A DNA stretch of 48,901 nt, filler included, from Bipalium vagum (taxonomy: Eukaryota): assembly GCA_037834085.1 (NCBI GenBank). It is 2 parts of 2 records of this genome, joined end to end, with 100 filler letters (N's around TTAATTAATTAA, not from the genome) between each part and the next. Parts side by side here need not be neighbours in the genome. Positions count along the whole stretch, not along the records: positions 1 to 20,714 come from JBBMKC010247967.1; 1 more part is not named here. One strand, written 5' to 3'. The translations under genes and the position numbers were made by a program. The notes under the pieces are model-generated. The model was not told the origin of the DNA, ran no database searches, and was given only the letters and a program-made list of their open reading frames with translations. Positions 1-12,665 of this stretch are shown here, piece by piece. Numbering within the stretch: position 1 is the first letter of the stretch; each line of letters opens with the position of its first letter.

Positions 1-47
1 CATCACGCAGCAAGATCTACATTTCTCATTTTGCATAGCCAAATAAA

Positions 48-75
48 GGTGATCATAAACTTTTGGCGGGGACTG
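48..75. mobile_element. Tc1-like terminal inverted repeat (right end of an element starting before the window)
   Basis: Reverse complement reads TA-CAGTCCCCGCCAAAAGTTTATGATCACC, a Tc1-type CAGT...CCAAAA terminus next to a TA. Confidence 0.55.
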
Positions 76-1509
76 TATAATATAATATATAATATAATAT
101 ATAGTTAAGTAAAATTATATTTCAAATTTGTTTTTTTAAAATAACACTAATATTTCATTAAATTTAACTTATTTCACCTTTTTTTCCGATTATCTTTTTA
201 ATTTTATATTTTCTTGAGTTTTCTATGAAAACATCCCATGGAACTGGATCTATCTCTGTCTAAAGAGTGATTTCAGGTCCAGTTTTGTCACTGATCAGAC
301 TTCATAGAATCCCTACAGGTAAAGTGCAATAAGAAATATAAAATTCACTGAGAGTCTGATCTGAAATACGTTTTGTATATTAAAAATCGGTTATAAATAC
401 ATTTATAAGTTATTCCCTTAGACATTATACATTCTAAATTTAATGGAAATATCGATCTGTTAAAAGCGGTAATTTAAAAATCTCCGGCATTTATAAATAT
501 AAATAAAGAAAGAATCTTGAAGAGCGCAGAACTTATTTAGAACGATATAAAATAATTTAATTAAATTCATTGTCAAATTGTCATTCTTCTGTATAAAAAT
601 AAATGTTACTAAAATAAAATTAATTATCAAAATTCGGTAAAACGAAACTTAAATTAATTTAATCATTGTAAAATAATCAATCGTCGTATGAGAAATAAAA
701 TAAATAAATTATAAATAAATAAAATTTCCGTTTTTAACTTTCGTTAAAAACCGAGCACAAGCAATACTAATTTTATTAATTAAATAACTATTTTCTATTT
801 TTTTATTATATAAAATATTAAAATTATTTGATATTAACATTTATGTTTCCATAGCAATCAATATTTTTCATTGTGATATAAGTGTTCTATTCGAATAAAT
901 ATCCTATTCCAGAGGTTATGACTTTGCACTCAGAATAAATATTCAATGTCTAAGACTGTAAAATAAAAAGAGAATATAATCTAAAAATATAAAGCTCCAA
1001 CATTTTTGAATTGCATAATTCTATGAATCAAGTGACACATTATGGGTTAGAATTTAGGCCAATGTGGCAAATGAAAATTTCCAAACAACCTTAAAGTTTT
1101 AAAATTGAAAGATCAATAACTACATTGGAGACAAAATAAAAGTTAAAAGTCAATTACTCAATTTTATGAATTTCATTCATTCAAACAAATAATCATATTT
1201 TTACTGCCAGCATGTACTGACAAAATTGGCAATTGCCAATTCTTTGATAATAAATACGAATTTCTTTGTATAATAGACGGGATCTCTGGTCAAGGGTACA
1301 ACAACGAGTCTTAAATATGAAATGGAGTTGATGTGAGTGTAATTATTGGACATATTTATATAAATAAATTAATTGTCAAATTTGGGAGATTTTATCAAGA
1401 AAATATTGAACAAATATTATAGCTTCAAAAAAGTTTGACATTTTTTAGTTTATTATACTAGAAAACATTTAAGATAATATAAAATATATTAAATTGTGTT
1501 GTATTAGTC

Positions 1510-1839
1510 CAGAGGTTCTCAGTCCAAGGATCGGCAAGCATTTTTAAAAGGATTGCCGAATTATGGTAGCTGTAAAAGTCATTGCATATAAAAAAGTCGG
1601 GTTTAGATGCTGTTAAATAAATAGTATGTGATGCTGAGAAAACTAATTCTGTTCACCATTACCTTAACTATTACAGTGGTAACTATTTTAGAGGTAATGT
1701 TATTATCTGACAATCTTATTATTATATGTTGGTTTTATTAAATATGGTGAGTTAAGACTTATTTTTAGTAATATTGATTTTCTTTAGGGTCGCCAATATC
1801 TTAAAATTGGTCGCCATAGAAAAAGGTTGAGAACCGCTG
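1510..1839. mobile_element. hAT (Charlie-type) MITE, copy 1
   Basis: Ends CAGAGGTTCTCA...GGTTGAGAACCGCTG. The interior is clearly homologous to 19611-19979 (shared GGCAAGCATTTTTAAA, GAATTATGGTAG, GACTTATTTTTAGTAATATTGATTTTCTTT). TSD is not preserved. Confidence 0.8.
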
Positions 1840-2897
1840 GATAAGATAATCTTAAACGTATTATTTTTCTGTTTCATCAAATATAGTTTACTTTGACTCC
1901 GAATGATGATTTTCTATTTTTACCAGTGGTATAATTCCTAGAGACATCTCTTTGATAAAACTGACATAAATAGAAAATATATGTACTTTTTATTCTGATA
2001 TTTTTGCACTCTAAATTATTTTCTCAACTTTGTTTAATCTCTTCATAATTTCTGATCTCTCGGAATCATTATTCATTATTTATTAAGTTTGTACACCGTG
2101 ACATTTTATATATTTTTGGCTTTATGAACGACACTTAGGTTATAAATAAGAGTCACTCCAGATTTTACAGTAACAAACGACACGAATCTAATGTCATCAA
2201 TTAATATTTACGATCTGGGGTTCATATAAATATTAATAATCACAGGTTTCGTTGAATCACTGCAGATTTGTTCGGAAAGGTGACTAAAATCCTTCTGTTT
2301 ACACAGAAAGCCTATGCAGTCCATTTAAAAACCTTTACCATTCATAGTGGTCTCAAACTAAGAATATCAATTTTTCCACCAAGTATTAAATGTGGTTTAT
2401 TGATTGACCCTTACTTTTGTCATAAAAATTTCTTTATAATGTTTTCAACTTCAACTGATTAATATTTAATTCTGCCATTGCTCTAGGGATAACCATGCTG
2501 CCTTTCCAATAATTGATGAAAAAACAGTATTATCGGCAATTTACGTTTATCTTTTATTGTTTTAATGGTGGAACGAATGTCAAAAAAAATGTTGATAATT
2601 AATTTATGCCAACATTCAAAACATAATTAATTATTTTTATTTGTGAAGACTTTAAAATGAGATTTAATGATTTATTTATGTTGGGGGAATTTTTCATATT
2701 AAATTCCTATTTGTCTCTATTTTAGATATCAAATGAAATGATATTTAATGGAAGTACATGTTAAACTGTGAGCTAAATGAAAAGTTACTTTAACATTAAG
2801 AATTCTTTTATTTCTTCTAAATTTACTCAATCGATTTCATATCAAATATAATGTTTTGATTATATTTCAGCTTTTATTATTTATATTAATATTAATA

Positions 2898-3085
2898 NNN
2901 NNNNNNNNNNNNNNNNNNNNNNNNNNNNNNNNNNNNNNNNNNNNNNNNNNNNNNNNNNNNNNNNNNNNNNNNNNNNNNNNNNNNNNNNNNNNNNNNNNNN
3001 NNNNNNNNNNNNNNNNNNNNNNNNNNNNNNNNNNNNNNNNNNNNNNNNNNNNNNNNNNNNNNNNNNNNNNNNNNNNNNNNNNNNN
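2898..3085. other. Assembly gap (188 N)
   Basis: Run of N. Confidence 1.
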
Positions 3086-3619
3086 TAATGATTAAACATT
3101 AATTCAAGGAAAATCTAAATAAATATTTTTTATTTATTATCAGTAGAAATTAAAAATGTCATTTAAAAGTTTATTAATTTGTGAATCTTAAAAATTTAAT
3201 CTATATTTGCTCTCAAATATTAAACCTCATTTATATTATAACTAATATAATATTATATCTTTTGATGGATAAGTAGCAGTAGCAGCTTTTCTAATTTGTT
3301 AATGAAGCATGAAACTATCAAAGAAATAGACAAACATTTTTTTAAAAAATCAAAGTATACTTGTTCACATAATTTAAACTTAAATAAAATTATGAAAATT
3401 TGTTGTACAAATATTTTATATATTATTTAATTTCATTATATAATTAAATTTATTTTAAAATTTTTTAAGTTTAGAAAATTTTATATATTTTTACTTTTTT
3501 AATACTTTTTCATTTATCATTTATAAAAATTTTATAATTATTAAAATATTAATAAATAAATATAAATTGAAGATATATTTGAACTTATTCATTTTTATAA
3601 CTAATAATTTAAGATGAAT

Positions 3620-4100
3620 AAAAATCACAAGATCTGACTACAGAATTTAATAATTGGGTTTTTTAACAATTACCAGTTTTTCACTAATTAAATAATCAAT
3701 AATCATGTAAGTCAAGAACTTTTATTCAAACGGAATATATTGATACAGTAACTGTAATGTCTCAATATACCTTATAAAATTATCAAGTTTCAAATCACAA
3801 CTACAATGTCTCAAACCACTAAGCCAAATATCACTATATCTTGCAAATGTCTCCAGTTAGATCACAAAGTTTCAGTTCATCGAAACGCACAGAATAACAA
3901 CCAGAAATAAAACAAAATGAGACATAAAATGAGTTGCTGACAAACGATTAGCATTACTTAAAAATAAAAATCAGTTAACCGACATCATCTTAGACCATAG
4001 GTGGACTACTCGAGTCTATTAAAGCACCCCAAAGACCAATAGTCCTCAAGCATAAACTTGGAAATAAAAGGACATTGGATGTACCAACCATTTATTTCGT
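3620..4100 (-). mobile_element. Fragment of the solo-LTR family, reverse orientation
   Basis: Reverse complement GATATTTGGCTTAGTGGTTTGAGACATTGTAGTTGTGATTTG resembles ATATTTGGTTTTTTAGAGACATTTTACAGTTGAGATTG at about 9900. Boundaries approximate. Confidence 0.45.
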
Positions 4101-4720
4101 TTCAAAATTAGCGTATAAGAAATAACCAACGATTTTTGTTTTTTAACTTCGTTCTGAGATCTGCTTTTATAACTTCAACTGACCAATCAGACCTGTGGCT
4201 CTCAGAGCTGTTCATCACCGTACAAAGAAATCAACACGTCATCTCTCAACAAAATCTTCTAAAACCTTATTTTAGCAAAAAGGTGTAAAAATTTCATTTT
4301 TGAAAAAAATGGCAAATTCAAAGACACCATTAATAATAAAACAAATTAAAATAAAATAATACTAATAATAAAAATGTTTTTTCCTTTCTCTTCTTAAGAC
4401 CGCAACGAAGTGACAGTGATTTAGGAAAATATTGAGGTTTTAAGGGAGTCATTGAACTTTGTAGACAAATAAATTTCCTGCAAGTTTTTCTATCAAAGAC
4501 AGAATTGGTTGACTAGTTGAAGAGTTTATTATATAAATGGACAGAGTCCCTGATAAGGCCACCCAACTAAATCAGGAAATTATTTTTCGATTTGTTAATA
4601 ATAGTTTGAAGATTCATAATTTCTTATAAAAAGTTGGAAGAGAATTTTTGGATTTCCCCTTCGGAATGCATTAATAGATGCTAAAGAAAAGTTAGATGGT
4701 ATAGGTAAAACAGACAAAAT

Positions 4721-5633
4721 TTTTGGGTTAGCCAAGGACACATCCATGTAAACCCTTGTAAAAAGCATTTTTTAGAGACCGCAATAATTATAAATTAATT
4801 ATTAAGACCACAAAAGGGTCAGAAATAAAATAATAATATATAATTATAAAATACAACATTAGTTAAAAAAAGGGCAATTAAGTATTTCCTAAAAGCGATC
4901 TAATCTTGACAATGGCTAACCTAAATTCCCAAGATTAGATCAGGGTCCGCAAGGAGCGACCGATTAAGAATTAACGGGCTAAAAAGGAATTGACATTCCC
5001 CATTGATAAAGCTGGTCTACGATTGATTGATCGTCTGACCAGAATAGTATATAAGGAGTTGGAATCCGTAGTGGATTGCCATAAAATTCTCCGAGAGAAA
5101 ATTTCCTTAGCGACTACGATATTCGTCAGAAGACTACTAGATTTGCGTCAGAGACTATGAGATATTCGACAGAGATTTTCGTCATTTGGTAGTTAGTAAT
5201 CATTTCATATGCCCTCTCTGCGACAGAAGCTTGTGCTGTTATGTGCTGTTAGGGGGTTTCTGAGCGAACCGGATTAGGCCCAGCAAACCACCCTTTGAAC
5301 ATGTCGTCGTCACAACAGGTGAGAGTATCATAACTTTCTTTTCTTTGTTTTTATAATTAGTTGACATTTAATTATTTAATTGATATTTGATTTAATTACT
5401 CAATTGATTATTATTATTTAATTTAGTGTGATTGACTATTGAACATTTGATTGAAGCCATTTTTATTGATTATTTGATACACTGCGTTTGTTATTGTTAT
5501 TTTAGTAATAAAGTGTTGTTCGTAGTTGTTTTGATTCATTCATTTGCGTACACGTATTGACAAAGGTGAAAGGATCATTAAGCTTTGCGAGCTAAATGTT
5601 ACGATAACGTTCATAATAAATAATACCGTAACA
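4721..5633 (+). mobile_element. Solo LTR (913 bp) with 4-bp TSD AAAT
   Basis: Termini TTTTGGGTTAGCCAAGG...CGTAACA (first TG decayed). AAAT flanks both sides (4717-4720, 5634-5637). AATAAA near the 3' end. Homologous end to end with 9195-10101. Confidence 0.8.
5112..5173. repeat. Short imperfect tandem repeat (about 21 bp x3) inside the LTR
   Basis: GACTACGATATTCGTCAGAA / GACTACTAGATTTGCGTCAGA / GACTATGAGATATTCGACAGA. Confidence 0.7.
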
Positions 5634-6479
5634 AAATAGATGAAACAAAATTCTGAAAAATGACATTTTATTCAGCTGACTTGAGCGTGAAAGTGGTCAC
5701 ATATTCATTGTCACTACAGATGATATGTATTATTTTATTTATAATAATTATCATCCTTGACTTTGAAAATTTAGAAAGCTGAAGCCTTAATAATACATAT
5801 TAAGGACCTGATCGAACACATGATCACAATCATATCAGACTTTTGGAGATTCTAGAATTGTTCCAGTATGGAGAGTTATAACCATTATAGATTATTCATT
5901 CAATTAATTTTCGAGATACAAAAACAGGAGCTCATAAAAATGAAATGAGTTGGATACACGAGAAGTCAAGCTTTTCAATGTCTTGTCGCATTAAAGCACA
6001 TATATACCTGATAACTTAGCCAAGAATATTTTACAGAAACGATGAAAATTCCTAAATTGAATAAGATTGAAAAAGTTCTCAACCTTGTCAGATTGACATA
6101 CAAAGTCATAAATTGTTAGGTCGAAGATGATGATGTTGAAAATACAAATGAAGATGTTCACTTTAAAACATTAATAAAAATGTTCAGTAAATTAAAAACT
6201 ACTATGTTTTGTCACCATTATCTGTTACACAGAAATCAATTTGTAAAACTATACTGACTTGTAATTTTTTATTGATTCTTTGTGCCTACTTCTTTTACCA
6301 CTATCATTTTCAACTATCAACATTACCATTTTTAAAAACATAATAAACTTTAAAATTATTATTTGTCACTTAAAAAATTTAATTTCTTCAAGTCTTAATT
6401 AACTTTTCATCATTAAGATACGGTTTCCACAAAACCCTTTTAGTACCATTAAACTCAGCATAGATTTTCACATCTAATT

Positions 6480-6881
6480 TTTTGTGGATGCTTTTATTTA
6501 TGCGTTGAACAGTCAAGGATTATCAATGGGTTCCATCGACTAACGTGCCTAACTGGCGATCCCCGGATCCATTGAGTTTTCTCATTGGTGAGTCTATTTT
6601 CTTTGTTTCCGTGATCTAACAGCCTTTAAATTATTTCATATTTAATCATCTTTTGTTATTTATTATTGATGGAAAGTTTATTGATTAACATTTTTTAAAG
6701 AGTGATTTAACCTATTTGATTTTGATTTGACTTGACGTATATGTGCATTTATTCATATTATTCACATTTTGTATTTGTTTAATAAAATTTACTGTGATTT
6801 TGTATTGAATTATTTCGTGTAAAAAAAACTAATACCATTAGTTAGGAGTTAGTTTCAATCATAAGGTTAAAATTTTACAAC
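6480..6881 (+). mobile_element. LTR-like fragment (3' half)
   Basis: Same layout as the other LTRs: GC-richer block, then GTGAG, a TTGAT-rich tract and AATAAA...TGTGAT. Confidence 0.45.
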
Positions 6882-9194
6882 GATTTTTCTTTTTTTGTAA
6901 AATCTTAACATAGGTAATATTGTACTTCTTCTATATTATTTGTAAAATGATATTTAAGACTGAGAACATTTTCAATTTTAAAATTTATAATTTAGTAAAA
7001 AAGAAAGAAAATTTTAGTAAATGTTTTTTTAATAAAAATTAGAGAAAAGTAAGTTTAGAGAGAAAGTATTTAAAATTTCGAATAGTAATAAATATAATAA
7101 ATGTTAAGAATTTCACAATAGATATTCTAAAATTATATAAATGTGTACGTGTATTTTGAGAAACATTATAAAATACGCAAAATATAAATAAATAAATAAA
7201 TATTTTTATTATAATACAAATTATATTTATGTGACTGAAATTTTGTGACATAAAATAAAATAATTTCTTGTAATAACAGACTACCTCTAAATAAAATATT
7301 GATTTTAATTCAGAAAAATATCATTCTTACATTTTATTTTCATGTAAATTTATGTTTTCTTAACATTTACAGAATCAAAATCAGTCCTATATTTTCTACA
7401 TTTTTTTTCTTTTACAGACAAAGATGTCTATTTTTAACCATTTACTGGAAGAATGTAATTAGTAAATAAGCAATAATCGATAAAAAGATACTCTGTCAAA
7501 TCTCCTTTAATATTCTTTTATTTTTCTTTTCACTTTGATGGAACACGGAATGAAACATAATTTTTATATTTAATTGACGAACACCATCACCGTACATGAC
7601 CATAAAACACGGAATTTCTTATTTTATGCAATAACATGTTATTTTAAGAATTTTTTTAGAAAATAAGAAAACCTTCTATTGTAAGATGCTACTTTTGTTT
7701 ATTATTTTCTGATGATAATTCACTATAGATTAAGAATTAAATTGAAAAAAGTTCTCCCAATACTAGATTTCGTGTAATAAAGGTTTTCTCAAAGATTTTA
7801 TTTTGTAATCTCAAAGGAATTCTGGTGGCATTCTAGGCCCTTGTAAGAGTTGAAACAAAAGTGAATAGAAATATCTCATTTTAAGTAAATCTTTTCCTTT
7901 GAACACGAATTATTTCTCATAAGGCATTCATAAGAATTTTTGTAATTAATTTCGTCAAGTGTCTTATAATCATTCGTATTGCACAAAAGTGCACAGGTTT
8001 CTATTGAGATGAGCAGAAATTTGTTCGTATATTTTCATGAAAATCAAACTTATTTTGAAGTCACTATTATTAAAAATTCTTTACTTTTTTATACATTTAA
8101 TTTATGATTAATTTTATTTACTTTAATTTTGTTTTAATAATGAATAAGTATATCAAATTTTAAAATATATAGTTAACGTTGATAATAAGGTTTCAAAATG
8201 AAAGATATAATGCATTATAGTATTCCTTTAAATAAAAAGAATAAAATGTCAATTAAACAAACTGAAAGTTATCCTAATAACAATTGGTCTTACTTAACAT
8301 TGAGTGTACTGCAAAAATATCAGAATTTAAGTTGGATATCCTATGTCAATCTGGAAATTCATTCTTCAATCTTTTCCATTTATTGAGGAATAGTTTTGTT
8401 GACAAAGAATTATCTGGAAATCATCATTGAAAATAATTTCTTTCCAAAGAAATCTTCAGTAAAGATATAAAATTTACTAATCAATAGAAAGAGGTTACCA
8501 AACAGTGTTCCATATATTACGTACATTTATTTGTATAATTTAAAGATTTCTTTTAAATAAGAGAACGTTTTGTTATTTATAAGAATCCATAGTAACTCCT
8601 TGACTTTAGAGAGAAAGTACTATCTAACAAAGGTTCGATAACAAACACAATATAAACATCCAAACAGCTCACTTTTATTCAGCTTTTTTTTATTCGTATA
8701 AATATACTCATGACGCATTACAACTTTTGACAATCTTCAAATGATTTTTTTACCATTATTCTAAAAATTAGCATCAGCAGCGAACAAAGCTTTCTCACTA
8801 AATTCTTAATTATAATTGACCAGAGAAATAATCATCGATATCTACATTTTCATATTGTATTGTCTCATGATCTGCTAGAATAATTCAGAGAACATTGTCA
8901 ATTAATTTATTAACGATAGGTCTCGATGTTTGACTTACTCGTTATTCTTTGCAGAAATGTATAAATGATAAGTTATCTGTAGTTTCTGATGGTGTCCTTT
9001 CATCAAAATCAAATTTTAAATCAAACCAATTTTAAATGGAAATTTTTCAACCCTAAATTTTTACTGTTTAATTAACATTTAATCACAAAAATCATTAAAT
9101 TTACACATTTTCTTTGTCAGATTCTTTTCATTATATTCATATTCATAAATATTAATATTTTATTTATATTAATATTTAAAATTATTATTAATAT

Positions 9195-10101
9195 TGTTGG
9201 GTTAGTCAAGGGCTAACATCCCTTTAATCTTTTGAATTATTCTTTGAAGATCTCTAAAGGGTTTAGGATAATATAATAATAATTATAATGATAAAAATAA
9301 TAATAATAAATACTTACATAATAAATAAATACATAAGTTAGTAATAATAATAATAATGAAAATAATAATGATTATAATTATAATTTTTATCATTAAGTGA
9401 TCTAATCTTGACAACGGAAAATTGCCAAGATTCCCAATTAAGAATACTTGTCTACAACTGAGTTGTCATCTGATCAGAATAAAATGCATTGGAGTCCTCA
9501 ATGGATGGCCAAAAGTTTAGTAGAATTTTATTTCGTTATTTCATTTGCATCAGAAGAAAATTTATCAGAAGAAAACATTGTGAATATTTATTATAATTAT
9601 GCCAGTTTTTATGCGATAAGACCCAACGATGGGTCCTGCGCTGTTAAGACGTTTATGAACGTACTGGATAGGGTTGATCAAGCAACTCTAGGACCCATCT
9701 TATTCAAAATCGATGAGATACATTCTTTGTTTATTTTTCTTTTTCATTTCTTTTAAAATTAACATTGATCTTATCAATTATATTAATTTTTGATTACATT
9801 TGGTCCAACTTTTACATTGATCTGATTATTTGATTTGACTATTATTGGTTGTTTTGATTTTCAGTATCTTTGGATTGTTTTATTGATTTTGAAATAATCA
9901 TATTTGGTTTTTTAGAGACATTTTACAGTTGAGATTGTTTTATTGTGGAATCATCATTGTATATCTGTGTTGATAAAATAAAGATTTGTGATCGTTTTGA
10001 TTCAATTACTTTCGAACACGTTATTTGCAAAAGTGAAATGGTCAGTAAATTTACTAGTTAAGTTTTACGAAAGGGTTTCATAGTGACATAATAATGTAAC
10101 A
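9195..10101 (+). mobile_element. Solo LTR (907 bp), same family as 4721-5633
   Basis: TGTTGGGTTAGTCAAGG...TGTAACA termini (TGTT/AACA inverted ends). Shares GATCTAATCTTGACAA and the GTTTTGATTCA...CACG...AAAGTGAAA blocks. Flanks ATAT/GTAT match 3 of 4. Confidence 0.78.
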
Positions 10102-12534
10102 GTATTAAAATATATTTTATTTTTTAAGAATATATACCTCTTTATCTTTAACTAATTATTCTCATAATAATAGATTACTTTAACAAAATTATATTAAATT
10201 TATAATTATGTAGCATTTTGAACCCTTACTCGTCCTTGTTCCTAATTTATTCTTAACGAAAAATTAATTGGGAGGATATTTAGATAGACTGGTTCGGTCT
10301 GTTCTCAGTAACTCAGAATTCATATTTTTTTATTATTCTTTATAAGAGTTGTTTCAACTAGATCAATATTATATAGAATATGTATCGTATTACTCGGTTC
10401 TAATCGATTTCTTATTGCAAATATATTTCTTCCAAGTTTAGGTCAAATATTAACTCTCGCATTAATTTTATATATTTCTCGTTATTAATAATATCAAAAA
10501 ATATAATGGCCTAACACAAACTATTTAAGCGTAAATATATTTTTTTCATTTTAGTAAAATGAAATGTATAATTATAATTTTATTTTTATTTTTAAGTAAT
10601 TATGGAAAAGATTATAAAAATAAATTATCCATAATTGTGATTTTCTTACATCAAAATTTCAACTGAGGAGTTTAAAATTTTTCAATAAGTATAAAATATA
10701 ATATAATATTTTTGGATTTCAATAAAATTGGTCGCAGCCAATTTTCATTCTCTATAATAATAAGTTGGCCGAAAAGTGTTTTTGTTTTCTTCCCTTAGAA
10801 TGCATTAATGAAATCTTTATGATCGGGGTGAATAAACGATAGCTATTACTTTTTATTGTTAGGGGCCTGAATTGAATGTTATGTTTATAGCTTCAAAAAG
10901 GAATATTCCCTTCCAGAAAATTAAATATTTTTGAAAAGCAATGTCTAATAAAAAATATATACTACTGTAATATTTATATTGTGATGTTTCTTAAGTCTCT
11001 GTAAGATTATATCATTGTATTAAGCTAACAGAGAAAACAATTGAGAGAGTTGAACATGTTTGTATCAATATGCAATAACTATGTTACAGGGTATTCAAAT
11101 TCTATTTATTATGATCGTTACGAACAAAATAATAGGAATACATGCTTAGATTAATATTTATAAAAGAAACTAGCTTATTTCATTACGCAATTTTTTTTGC
11201 ACCAATATTCAGTGATATCACTTGAGTGATGATAAAGGTGATATTTCATATTTCTAAGGGATAAATTTGATATTCATCAACTAATCTATTTTTCGAACTT
11301 AATGAAACTTTAAGGTGTGTCTCAATCAGTTGATGATTTAAAATATAAAGATGTACCTTTCTTTTTTGACCAAGTCATATTTTAAGAGTGGAGGCCAAAT
11401 ATTTTGAAGCATACAAAAATTTGTTAATTTTAATATCAGTCTCAAAATCCATGGAAAATAATCGCCTTGGATATCTAAGCCTTATATTTAGGAGATCTTT
11501 ATTATTTCTGTTTTTATCAGCTGCATTTCTAGAGTGCTCAGAATACAATTATAATATACAGTTAAGGTAGTTTACAAAACGAAATATTTTTTATTAAAAA
11601 CTGACTTCAAGAATTCATCATTATATTTTTTAAAAATTAAAAGTTTTGATTTTATAGGCAAATACGCAATAACAAACAAATTTCTTTTGTCAGCACCATC
11701 TGCATTACGGAAGAAGACAATGATCCGCGTTTATCAATGTATAAATCTTTAACCTACTTATCACAAAAAGATTTAGATGGTATGTTTCTATACACCAGAC
11801 CAGATTCATCCAAATTATAAACGTTGGAGAGTTAATAATTTTTTATTACCGTTATCATTTCTTTTTGTCCATACTTAATCAGATTTAAATTTAAGTTTCA
11901 ACTTTCTCTTGGTTGGAATTTTGATTTCAGATTATAACATAACGAACTATTTGAACCTTTAAGTTTTAATTCATAAGTCTGCTGCAAACTAAGAAGCTTG
12001 TGCTTTTATTATAACTGTTACATTCATATTTTTTATACCAATTGATTAATTGATATTTTAAGACACTTCTATTTCTTCATATTTGGGTTTTGAGTCCATT
12101 TAATAAATCATTTAAATTTATATATGCCATTTAATCCATTTTAGATTTTCTTGTTGGAGTGGAAGAGGCCCATAATTGATATAAGTGAACATACAAGTTG
12201 TGATTGCGAAATCGCTATTTTTATCTGAAATGCGTTAAGAGTGATGAAATTTTCTCTCACGCTATGCCTCAGGCCGCGATTTTCCGCGAAGATGGCCAAT
12301 GCTGTGGACTTCTTTCAAAAGAATTCCCGGCTTCTATACCTGAGACAATATGAATCTATTCTCTGTTTTCTATCTTCATTTGAGAGCATAAGAGAATTTT
12401 TACAATTATTCAAAAAAATTCAAAATCGACCTTTTTACTTTCAAAATTTTTACTTCACAAATTCAAAATGAACGTACACATTCAAATTGAGAGAAAAATC
12501 CCTGTAAATCATAAGAACATCAAAATTGGAAAAA

Positions 12535-12665
12535 AGTTCCTTATAACGGGAGTTCCTTATAACAAGGAAATATCTTAATTTAGTACATAAATACATTTCA
12601 TCCAAATTTATCCCTCATAAAAGGGATCCTTTTTAAGGTAATCCTCTTATAACGAGGCTTACCTG
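12535..12665. mobile_element. pogo/Tigger-like terminal region
   Basis: Reverse complement starts CAGGTAAGCCTCGTTATAAGAG. Subterminal repeats of CTTATAAC occur three times. Confidence 0.5.

Larger units (their letters stand above)
4450..6030 (+). pseudogene. Merlin/ISXO2 (IS1595-like DDE) transposase relic, interrupted by a solo LTR
   Basis: With the LTR removed it reads EKLDGIGKTDKIDETKF, then LERESGHIFIV, TIISDFWRF* and HSINFRDTKTGAHKNE. These match the ISXO2 motifs GxGxxVEIDExK, TIxSDxW and HSxNFxDPxTGAHTN. Contains stops and frameshifts. Confidence 0.8.

Noticed and set aside
2856-3099. ORFs 2856-3095 (+) and 2881-3099 (-)
   Set aside because: Artefacts of translating across N gaps.
5112-5173. 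CRISPR-like repeats
   Set aside because: Directly tandem with no spacers, inside an LTR, in eukaryotic DNA with no cas genes.
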